Source: a virus. From it: a stretch of DNA of 64,000 nucleotides. Position 1 is the stretch's first letter. Every line of letters begins with the position of its first letter. The stretch spans positions 72,133 through 136,132 of the IMG/VR virus record IMGVR_UViG_3300028840_003924. One strand, written 5' to 3'. The notes under the pieces are model-generated. The model saw only the letters and a list, made by a program, of their open reading frames with translations. It was not told where the DNA came from and did not search any database. The translations under genes and the position numbers were made by a program. Shown here piece by piece: positions 48,136-55,828 of this stretch.

Positions 48136-48530
48136 GCCAAACCACCACCACCGATTACCCGGATGACATCCGGGTAATCGGTGATAAGATCGCTGGCCTT
48201 ACATGCGCCGAGGCGCAAGAACTCAACGAGTACTTGAAGTACACCTACGGGATCGAACCACCGGCAAAGCCGACGCAATACCTCCCTGAAAAAGAAGAGG
48301 AGGTGGAACCCGACAAGCCCGACAGCTTCAAGGTTGTTCTCCAAAGCTACGGAGACAACAAGGTCAGCGTCATCAAGGTGATCCGTCAGATCACCGGCTT
48401 GGCGCTGAAAGCTGCCAGGGACTTCGTGAATGAGGTTCCCCAAGTAGTCAAGGAAGACTTGTCGAAACCAGACGCCGAAGCCCTCAAAGAACAACTGGAG
48501 GTAGCTGGGGGTGTCGTTACATTAGAATAA
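48132..48530 (+). CDS. rplL: 50S ribosomal protein bL12 (L7/L12), phage-encoded
   Basis: FKVVL...KVSVIKVIRQITGLALKAARDFV...VKEDLSKPDAEALKEQLEVAGGVVTL. Confidence 0.93.
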   Translation: MSQTTTTDYPDDIRVIGDKIAGLTCAEAQELNEYLKYTYGIEPPAKPTQYLPEKEEEVEPDKPDSFKVVLQSYGDNKVSVIKVIRQITGLALKAARDFVNEVPQVVKEDLSKPDAEALKEQLEVAGGVVTLE

Positions 48531-48542
48531 AGGAAACAAACC

Positions 48543-49304
48543 ATGCAAATGGGATTAGAACAAGAGTTCTTCCTGGTCAACGGTGACGATCAGATAATCA
48601 CGATACCAACCGGCAGCGGTTTGCCCCATGACGAGTGCGGTTGGCTACTTGAAGCCCGTGGCAAACCCTTCGGCAACATCACCGAAGCCGTCTTCAGCCT
48701 GAAAGCCGATGTGCATCGACTCGACCGGTCAATCATGAAAACCAACGCATCTACAAACCAACTACACCGAATGGTCGCCGAACCCTTCCGTACCATTCCA
48801 CGTACTGTTCGGACAGCAGCCAGTCGCAACTATGCCAAAGGGTTGACCCATTACCAAAACCTTTACGGATACCCACACCACAACTTGCCCGAAGGTGTCT
48901 TCGCCGCAGGTATCCATATCACCTTCAGCCAAATACGAACCGTCGCCACCAAGCACGGTGATGTGGAGTATTGCGAGAACTTCGATTGGCCCCGTCTCTT
49001 CCGAATGCTTGATGCCGAATTTACAACCGAGATCGCCAATGCCCGGCGTCTCCCCGGCTTCTACGAAATAAAGAGTACCGGAATGGTCGAGTACAGATCA
49101 TTACCGAACAACCTCGACCTGGAGGCGATCCCTGATCGAGTGACCGAGGTCTTCCGCCGCTGGGGGCGAAAAGAACCGGAAAACTACCTGCCGCCCGTAA
49201 TCCCCAAAGAAGTTTTCGAGAGAGCGGTGGCGACCGAAGGTGGTAGCGGTTGCCCAAACTGCGGCTTCGATGCCGAGAGCGGACAATTCGCAGGGACACA
49301 GTAA
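48543..49304 (+). CDS. COOH-NH2 ligase-type (glutamate-cysteine ligase superfamily) protein
   Basis: GLEQEFFL, LEAR..P, AGIHITF, K..G.VEYRSLPN motifs. Confidence 0.65.
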   Translation: MQMGLEQEFFLVNGDDQIITIPTGSGLPHDECGWLLEARGKPFGNITEAVFSLKADVHRLDRSIMKTNASTNQLHRMVAEPFRTIPRTVRTAASRNYAKGLTHYQNLYGYPHHNLPEGVFAAGIHITFSQIRTVATKHGDVEYCENFDWPRLFRMLDAEFTTEIANARRLPGFYEIKSTGMVEYRSLPNNLDLEAIPDRVTEVFRRWGRKEPENYLPPVIPKEVFERAVATEGGSGCPNCGFDAESGQFAGTQ

Positions 49305-49307
49305 GAC

Positions 49308-49499
49308 ATGGAACGACAAACCCTTTTGTTGTTGCAAGAACGCACCAAAGAAGAACATGCGCTAGTGCTTCAAATGCTTCGCACATTACTACCAGATGGA
49401 AAGTTTAGCTTCTCGGCCAATGCGGGAGAACATGGCGGCTTTGTAACCGACGATCCGGAAACGTATCAGTACTGGAAATCACACTTAGGACTTTGGTAA
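49308..49499 (+). CDS. Hypothetical protein
   Basis: Operonic 63-aa ORF, TAATG coupling. Confidence 0.5.
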   Translation: MERQTLLLLQERTKEEHALVLQMLRTLLPDGKFSFSANAGEHGGFVTDDPETYQYWKSHLGLW

Positions 49500-50113
49500 T
49501 GCCCATCTACGCAAAAGATCAACCGAAAGCAGAATACACCCCAGTACAATGCGTCGGCATGTACTGCGGACACCCCTCTTTCTTCCCAGAAGGGGAGGTC
49601 AAAGACCTGAAGACGTTGTTCGCCGATCTCGTGACAAGGGAATGGAGCAGCAGAGCAAATAGAGGCGTCCACGCATCCGCCCTCGGTTCGACATGGGTTA
49701 TCGTCGTCTGGTGGAATGCAGGATGGGTCGAGTTCGGCTATGAAGCAGCAAAGGAAGTCATAGCCAAGTCCGACGTGAAGTTCGATGCAATTAAACCTAT
49801 GCCGAATGAGAATGTAAAGCAAGGAACACCAAACCAATTCAGAGATACTACCCAAGAACCCTTAAATCCGGAATGGCTAATCCCCTCTTGTCTCGTTCTC
49901 GACAACCAGCAGCAAGAGCGACTGGCTAAATTTGTGGAAAAGTACCTGACACGAGAGATGATCGAGGCTGCGAGAGAAGAATCTTGTTCCCCAATTTCGC
50001 CCTTGGAGTTTCGCCTGCGAGATGGTAGCATTGTTGATATTGTCACCGCTCATATCGGCGACCACAAATGCGACCTCACCCTGGATGATGAAGACAAGCT
50101 GGTCCCCGAATAA
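49499..50113 (+). CDS. Hypothetical protein
   Basis: Operonic ORF from ATG 49499. Confidence 0.6.
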   Translation: MPIYAKDQPKAEYTPVQCVGMYCGHPSFFPEGEVKDLKTLFADLVTREWSSRANRGVHASALGSTWVIVVWWNAGWVEFGYEAAKEVIAKSDVKFDAIKPMPNENVKQGTPNQFRDTTQEPLNPEWLIPSCLVLDNQQQERLAKFVEKYLTREMIEAAREESCSPISPLEFRLRDGSIVDIVTAHIGDHKCDLTLDDEDKLVPE

Positions 50114-50130
50114 CTAAGGAAAATAAAACC

Positions 50131-50724
50131 ATGAAACGTAGACACTTCATACTCTCCAGCGTCGTGACAGCCATCGCCACCACCTTCGGCTGGAAGCCGA
50201 AGGTGGTGGCTGAAGAACCCGAACAACCTCGCCCTAGAAAGGGCGATATATGGAAATATCCAGAGACTGGCGATCTGATTGTGGTGGATAAAGTACGTCT
50301 CAAACTGGTTTTCTACCACTTCAAAAAACAACCAGACATCAAACGGGCCATGGCACCCTGGCAGTTTCGTGATACGTATGTATTCGTTAAACGGAAAGGC
50401 TCTGAAGATAACCCAAAGGGTCTGCCCGTTGTCCTGTTCGACGAGAAGGGGAAGATCATCAACGGAGAGGAACTGTTCAAAGACATCAACTGGACTGTCA
50501 AGCCGCCATTTTTTCATTCCGCCACTCGTCGGCGGCGTGCTTGGGTTCCCCAATTAACCCCTATGGCTCAAACTCGCTGCGCCGGGGCTTGTGTTTTCTG
50601 GGGTGAGGTCATGATGGAAAACTATTCGTGGGGACAAATCGATGTTGACCCCACGGAACATTCCGTGGTAGCCTACCGTTACGCAAGCCAAGAAGGTGTG
50701 ACTAACCACGTCACTATCAACTAA
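50131..50724 (+). CDS. Tat-signal protein, paralog 1
   Basis: MKRRHFILSS; NPKGLPVVLF. Confidence 0.7.
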   Translation: MKRRHFILSSVVTAIATTFGWKPKVVAEEPEQPRPRKGDIWKYPETGDLIVVDKVRLKLVFYHFKKQPDIKRAMAPWQFRDTYVFVKRKGSEDNPKGLPVVLFDEKGKIINGEELFKDINWTVKPPFFHSATRRRRAWVPQLTPMAQTRCAGACVFWGEVMMENYSWGQIDVDPTEHSVVAYRYASQEGVTNHVTIN

Positions 50725-50766
50725 CCATATAACCAGTTAATCGCCACTAACGTAAGGAGGGGTAAA

Positions 50767-51270
50767 ATGTCAGGGAACGTCATTTTCTTCATCGTCGCCA
50801 GCGTAACCATTGTTCTGTGGATCATCATCAGTGAAGTGAAGGCAAGACGCAAAAAAAGTGGAAAGATCACCAACGACGACATCGGCAGACTCATCGAAGT
50901 GCGACAGAAAACATCGCAACAATGGAAGAAGCGGAAGCTCACCAACGTCAACAAAAGTGAACACCCCTATACCTGTGAAGAGCCGGGGGATTTGCCCATC
51001 CACTGGCGACTCGCTCGACGGTGCAAGGAAACGGACGAGGTCGGCGATTACAACCCAGAGTCTGAAAAGAAAAACCCCAAAGGAACCGGAACCGTCGTGG
51101 GTGGCAAGCTGCTTAAGGGTGGCGAAATGATCGAGGTCCGGACCAGCACGGCACAGCGGTGGAAGAAACGCAAGTTCCTAAGCTACCACGCCGAGTTGAC
51201 TTCACCCTTCTACTGCGAAGAAGCTCCGGGTGAAGGGAAGTACTGGAAACTTGCCCGAAGGACTAAGTAA
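50767..51270 (+). CDS. Mosaic membrane protein: TM and 2 IEVR/W-AR modules
   Basis: AAGGAGG RBS; IGRLIEVR...WRLARR; EMIEVR...WKLARR. Confidence 0.75.
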   Translation: MSGNVIFFIVASVTIVLWIIISEVKARRKKSGKITNDDIGRLIEVRQKTSQQWKKRKLTNVNKSEHPYTCEEPGDLPIHWRLARRCKETDEVGDYNPESEKKNPKGTGTVVGGKLLKGGEMIEVRTSTAQRWKKRKFLSYHAELTSPFYCEEAPGEGKYWKLARRTK

Positions 51271-51272
51271 CC

Positions 51273-51665
51273 ATGAAACGCAGACACTTCACCTTATCCA
51301 ACGCCATCGCAGCCATCGGTGCCGCCATTGGCGTGAAAGCAGAAAGGGCGAAAGGGAAAGGTCCTGGTAACAACCCAAAGAATCTGCCGGTTGTTAAGTT
51401 CAAGGAGAGCCTTCTCGCCATTGCAAACGAGAAGGAGCTATTCGAGTACGCAAGCAACCTCCCCGAAAATAAGCCGATGGCATACGAAGGGGTCTTAAAA
51501 TGCCGTGTGTGGGTCGATGTACCTACAAAAAATGATGAGGATGGGCCCTGGTGGGGCGAGACCGGCCTCGAAATGGAATACACGGCTTTCGACGAGTGGG
51601 GTACTGATGGCTTCTTCCTATACCGGGTCGATGAATCGATAGACTTTCCAGTTGCCCACATTTGA
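51273..51665 (+). CDS. Tat-signal protein, paralog 2
   Basis: MKRRHFTLS; NPKNLPVVKF. Confidence 0.7.
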   Translation: MKRRHFTLSNAIAAIGAAIGVKAERAKGKGPGNNPKNLPVVKFKESLLAIANEKELFEYASNLPENKPMAYEGVLKCRVWVDVPTKNDEDGPWWGETGLEMEYTAFDEWGTDGFFLYRVDESIDFPVAHI

Positions 51666-51706
51666 GGGCACTTTTTTTCTGTTTCTCTGTTTAAGGAGTG
51701 GGTGTG

Positions 51707-51904
51707 ATGCCACAAGGCAAGATTAAGAAGTTGATTACGGAAAAGGGATTTGGGTTCATCGAGGCGCAAGGTGGAGACATCTTCTTCCACCACTCGTCGC
51801 TCCAAGGTGTGACCATCGAAGAACTTTGTGAAGGCCAAGAAGTCGAATACGACAAAGGGAGTGGACCGAAAGGACCACGAGCCGAAAACATCAAGGTGCT
51901 GTAG
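51707..51904 (+). CDS. csp: Cold-shock domain protein
   Basis: KGFGFI (RNP1), DIFFHHS (RNP2), GPKGPRAENI; AAGGAG RBS. Confidence 0.93.
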   Translation: MPQGKIKKLITEKGFGFIEAQGGDIFFHHSSLQGVTIEELCEGQEVEYDKGSGPKGPRAENIKVL

Positions 51905-52056
51905 TGTCAAAGTTCAAAGTAACCTTTGAAGGCCACGGTCAGATCGAGGAAGTTCCCGACGACTACGAGCCTAAAGAAGACGAAGAACTCGTCGATACGC
52001 ACGAAGAGGGAGAAAGGGTGCTGATCCTTTCCATGTTGAGTGGCCTCCTACCCTAG
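51904..52056 (+). CDS. 50-aa truncated paralog of the 43371-43718 protein (not in ORF track)
   Basis: KFKVTFEG..IEEVPDDYEPK...LVDTHEE versus KYKVILEG..IFEVADDYEPK..IVDTWEE. Confidence 0.6.
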   Translation: MSKFKVTFEGHGQIEEVPDDYEPKEDEELVDTHEEGERVLILSMLSGLLP

Positions 52057-52063
52057 GTGAACC

Positions 52064-52528
52064 ATGAAACGTAGAGTTTTTCTCGCAGGGGCAGCAGGGG
52101 CAGCCGTCACCACCACCTTGGGCGTCCCGCCCAAGGTGGTGGCTCGTGAAGCTCCCCAAAAGGAACCTGAAAACCCAGAAGGCTTAGCCGTCATCAAGTT
52201 CTCCAAAGACGGCAAGAAAGTCATCAACCTCAAAGAGATCATCGAACATGGAGGAACCCGAGATAACTTCTTCATGAGTCGAGATGATAAGATCGCTGGG
52301 CCAAACGGAATCTTTCTTGAGTGTGCCGTGTGGCTTCGCAAAAAAGATGCCATGGCGGACTGCTGCCGCCCCTACAATACACCCGGCCTGTATTGGGGTA
52401 AGGTAAAGATGCATTACGCTATCGCTGACGATTACGATGTTAGCTTCTATCTCCAAACAACCGAGGAGTCGCACGCAATCGACTTGCCAAATTTTGACAC
52501 GGACTTCGAGGTCGACGAGGTTCGGTAG
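52064..52528 (+). CDS. Tat-signal protein, paralog 3
   Basis: MKRRVFLAGAAGAA; NPEGLAVIKF. Confidence 0.7.
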   Translation: MKRRVFLAGAAGAAVTTTLGVPPKVVAREAPQKEPENPEGLAVIKFSKDGKKVINLKEIIEHGGTRDNFFMSRDDKIAGPNGIFLECAVWLRKKDAMADCCRPYNTPGLYWGKVKMHYAIADDYDVSFYLQTTEESHAIDLPNFDTDFEVDEVR

Positions 52529-52540
52529 TGTTAGGTCGAA

Positions 52541-52575
52541 CACCACCTCCCGCCGCATAGCGGCGGGAGGTGGTG
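52541..52575. repeat. CCACC hairpin element, intergenic
   Basis: CACCACCTCCCGCCGC-ATA-GCGGCGGGAGGTGGTG, perfect 16-bp stem 10 nt before ATG 52586. Confidence 0.9.
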
Positions 52576-52585
52576 GGAGGGAACT

Positions 52586-52912
52586 ATGAAATTCAGTATT
52601 AGCGTGATGGGCACTGACGAGTTAGCGCCACAACAACTCGGTGCCGAAGACTTGTTCACAGCAGATGCGGGCGTGTACGCCTCTGAGCAGTACGAGGACT
52701 ACTATGTGGTAGTCTTTCCCAACTGGAATACAGAAGAGGCTCCGGAGGCCGTGCTCGCTTTGAATATGGTGGGGCAGGAAGTTAAGGCTTTCGATCCCGG
52801 CGAGTTTGGTAACAACGACACCTTTGTAAGGGTCAACGCCGAGGTGAAGGTTGCCATCCAACTCAGCAAGATTGAACTGCCAGAGATCGAGTTTGAAGGA
52901 ATCATGGAATGA
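52586..52912 (+). CDS. Acidic hypothetical protein
   Basis: GGAGG RBS; coupled to methyltransferase. Confidence 0.65.
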   Translation: MKFSISVMGTDELAPQQLGAEDLFTADAGVYASEQYEDYYVVVFPNWNTEEAPEAVLALNMVGQEVKAFDPGEFGNNDTFVRVNAEVKVAIQLSKIELPEIEFEGIME

Positions 52913-53565
52913 GCAATTCACGGATCAGAGAATTAGACCGAAAGAACACGGACCTCCTGAGCGCCCTAACCTTCCTCGTTGATGCTATCGAAAGAGAGCC
53001 GAAGGATAAGTGCGACTTTCGTCCAACCAAAGACTCTTACAGGTTCATCCCACTCAACATTCATTCCTTCATGGGAGCGATGGAGACGGTAGTTACCCAT
53101 ATGAAGAAACGTCGTGTCTTCGACAGAGACATCCCGAATCGCCCGCCACGGGGATATCCAACTTTCATGGACGCCGGTTGCGGGTGTGGGACGAAGCTCG
53201 TTTTAGCAACTTCATTCGGCTTTGAATCTTACGGCTTAGAAATTGATCGCAAGCTGGTGCGCCGGGCGAAGAGGTTGTTCTCTGCGAATATCTCAGGCGA
53301 TGACCATCACTTCCTTTCCAACCGTCACGGGCACATGCGATTGCCCCAGGTTATCACCAAGAATGTTCTCAACTGGGATTATAGTTCCTACGATGTGGTC
53401 TTCTTCTACCGCCCGTTTGAGGACCGTGAAAAGGAAGAGACCTTTGAGACGTTGGTCTACAGGCAGTTGGCGAAGGGAAGCTATGTGATCCCTGTCTATA
53501 GAGCACTGAACCCACCCGGTCGTTTCAAGCATCTGATGGGCGATGTCTTCTACAACCCGAAGTAA
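52909..53565 (+). CDS. Class I SAM-dependent methyltransferase (paralog of 36882-37523)
   Basis: FMDAGCGCG, GLEID, VVFFYRPF. Confidence 0.88.
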   Translation: MSNSRIRELDRKNTDLLSALTFLVDAIEREPKDKCDFRPTKDSYRFIPLNIHSFMGAMETVVTHMKKRRVFDRDIPNRPPRGYPTFMDAGCGCGTKLVLATSFGFESYGLEIDRKLVRRAKRLFSANISGDDHHFLSNRHGHMRLPQVITKNVLNWDYSSYDVVFFYRPFEDREKEETFETLVYRQLAKGSYVIPVYRALNPPGRFKHLMGDVFYNPK

Positions 53566-53623
53566 TCTTGACTGAAGGCGAGCTAATGATTCTAATAGGG
53601 GAAAACTATGGATAGGTCTTCCG

Positions 53624-54352
53624 ATGCCGCCACCATACATCCTCTATCTCGACAACAAAGAGCAACAGGATCGCATTCCGACCCTGTACGGGACGATAGA
53701 GGCGTTGTGGAGTCATTTGGAGACGGTGAATGAGGGTTACCGCCGCAACTTCGGGAATGCCAACAACGGCAAAGCATGGATCGTAACGGACGCTTGTGCA
53801 AAAGGCACCCAAAAAGTTGACAAGACCGCCGCATATCGGATACTCCAAAAGCAAGGAACGATCAACCTATACTGCGAATGTACGAGTTGTGGACTTTTTT
53901 ATACGGGAAGTGCCCGGAGGGAGGACGTTGGCCGTTTAGTTCCTAAATCCCACAAGATCGACAAGCTCGTGATGCGGACGAAGAATGTGGAGCAACAATT
54001 CCAACGGATGCTCGACCATGAGTCTACCTCAACTTGGGAACCCCATGAAGTCAACCCTGTTCAAGCCCTTGCTGCTGCCGAGGAACGCATCTTTGGGTTC
54101 AACCTTTACCATGCACTTCAAGCAAGTTCGTTGGGGTTAGAGGAGATTGAAGAAAAGGCAGGCTTTGCTCCTGATACGTTGCTGGCGATGATGAGTGCCA
54201 TCAAACCACTCAGACCGACAGGTGCCCAGATCGACAAACTAGCCAGGATACTGAAAGTCAAACCCGAAGAGCTTTGGTACGATGCGGTGGCGGTTTACCT
54301 CGATGCGACCAACAGTTGGGACAAGTATATTAAAATGGAGGACACGCCATGA
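53624..54352 (+). CDS. Protein with C-terminal XRE-like HTH
   Basis: LGLEEIEEKAGF...PTGAQIDKLARILKVKPEELW. Confidence 0.65.
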   Translation: MPPPYILYLDNKEQQDRIPTLYGTIEALWSHLETVNEGYRRNFGNANNGKAWIVTDACAKGTQKVDKTAAYRILQKQGTINLYCECTSCGLFYTGSARREDVGRLVPKSHKIDKLVMRTKNVEQQFQRMLDHESTSTWEPHEVNPVQALAAAEERIFGFNLYHALQASSLGLEEIEEKAGFAPDTLLAMMSAIKPLRPTGAQIDKLARILKVKPEELWYDAVAVYLDATNSWDKYIKMEDTP

Positions 54353-55284
54353 GAGTCTTAAGCTTCTCTGTCGTGATCGGTGGAACCAAGTGTAATGCTG
54401 CTTGTCCCTTCTGCGTCTCTCGCATGACGGCACCACCACGCCGGGCGCTGAACCCCAACTGGTTCGCTTTCAAGAAAGCTGTCCAAGCCGCTCTCGATGC
54501 CGGGGCCTGGGGAGTCATGTTTACCGGTAAGGGCGAACCGACCGAGTACCCCGACTTAATAACACAATATCTTCGGATGCTGGGAACGATAGGAATCCAT
54601 CTGGGGAAGGTTCGCCGCACGATACCGAACACGATCTATTCGTTATTCGGAAAGCCGCAGTTCGATTTTCTTCCCTTCGCCTTCGCCGATCTGCAAACCA
54701 ATGGAATCAACATCCCGCAACAGAGAGGTTTATTAAAGAAATGGCATCGACTTGGCCTGAGTACGGTTTGCATTTCTCTTGCTCACTGGAACGATGCCGA
54801 GAATTGGTCCATGATGCGACACCACACCGTTAAGCCGATGAACATCTGGCAGAACGTTGGAATCTTGAAGGACCTCGGCTATCTGACTCGTTTGAACTTT
54901 ACTGCGATGCGTCGGGGTGTCGAAACCATTGAAGATGTAGAGATCGTGATAGCCCTGTGCCGCAAGTACGGCGTAGACCAACTCACCATTCGAGATGTTG
55001 CCACACCGGATGATAAGGATAGTCGCAATCCACAAGTAACGCAGTACGTGAAGGATCATCGAATCAACTTGGAACCGGAACTGCGTGAGTACATGAAGGA
55101 AGCTGGTTCACCAGCAGTCATGCTTCTTTCGCATGGAGCAACGGTACACTATCACCATGGCATCAGCTTCTCTGTTAATAACTGCCTTACCACCTCCCAA
55201 AACCCTGATGAACTTCGGCAACTCATTTCGTGGCCCGATGGGGCCTTAACGCCCGACTGGAAATACGACCTTCGACTTTTATGA
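54349..55284 (+). CDS. Radical SAM protein
   Basis: CNAACPFC (CxxxCxxC), FTGKGEPT, LQTNG; GGAGG RBS. Confidence 0.9.
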   Translation: MRVLSFSVVIGGTKCNAACPFCVSRMTAPPRRALNPNWFAFKKAVQAALDAGAWGVMFTGKGEPTEYPDLITQYLRMLGTIGIHLGKVRRTIPNTIYSLFGKPQFDFLPFAFADLQTNGINIPQQRGLLKKWHRLGLSTVCISLAHWNDAENWSMMRHHTVKPMNIWQNVGILKDLGYLTRLNFTAMRRGVETIEDVEIVIALCRKYGVDQLTIRDVATPDDKDSRNPQVTQYVKDHRINLEPELREYMKEAGSPAVMLLSHGATVHYHHGISFSVNNCLTTSQNPDELRQLISWPDGALTPDWKYDLRLL

Positions 55285-55322
55285 AGATTTGATCACGTTT
55301 AGTAACCCTTCCTCCCGTACCC

Positions 55323-55496
55323 TCATTTGCGAAGCAAATTCGGGGGTCGCATTCGCTCCTCCATAATAAAGCCTATATCCGTAATAAGCCGCATATTCCC
55401 CGTAAAAACTGGGGTTGGTGGATTTCCGAGCCTCTGGTATACTCTGTCTTTGTCCTGAGTAAGGCCCGTGTTCCAAGAGTCCTTCAGGACACCCAT
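55323..55496 (-). CDS. Possible small protein (57 aa)
   Basis: MGVLKDSWNTGLTQDKDRVYQRLGNPPTP...; fills an otherwise empty gap, no homology recognised. Confidence 0.3.
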   Translation of the reverse strand: MGVLKDSWNTGLTQDKDRVYQRLGNPPTPVFTGNMRLITDIGFIMEERMRPPNLLRK

Positions 55497-55525
55497 ACAC
55501 TCGACCTGTACTAAACCAAAAAAAA

Positions 55526-55722
55526 CCGGTGAGGAGCCGGGAGCACCAGTGTCGTTTGTAGCGGCACGACGAGTGTATGCATGGACCCCAAAGTATTATT
55601 GCTTTGGGGTCCATCAGTTTGGGTATTTCCCGCCGTTTAATGCCCTGCGGTGGGATTACATGGCCGGTCCTTTAACGTTAGACGACGTGGAGGTACCGGC
55701 CTTTTCTATGCGCCGAAACTGA
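55526..55722 (+). ncRNA. Candidate structured non-coding RNA
   Basis: Six stems in about 200 nt; imperfect pairs are G-U on the plus strand. Confidence 0.45.
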
Positions 55723-55828
55723 CGTTGACCCAAATCGGTGAAAATGGGATCATATAGTATCGTCAACCCCAAGGGCATGAGTATTGTCGATATCCTTCTT
55801 TGCACCAAACCAACATAAGGATAGAGCC

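Noticed and set aside
48132-48530. rplL as a sign of host chromosomal contamination
   Set aside because: No rplJ or rpoB neighbours; translationally coupled to phage-type genes
55279-55722. ORFs 55279-55614 (-) and 55468-55722 (+)
   Set aside because: No RBS or recognisable motifs, and they overlap the structured region
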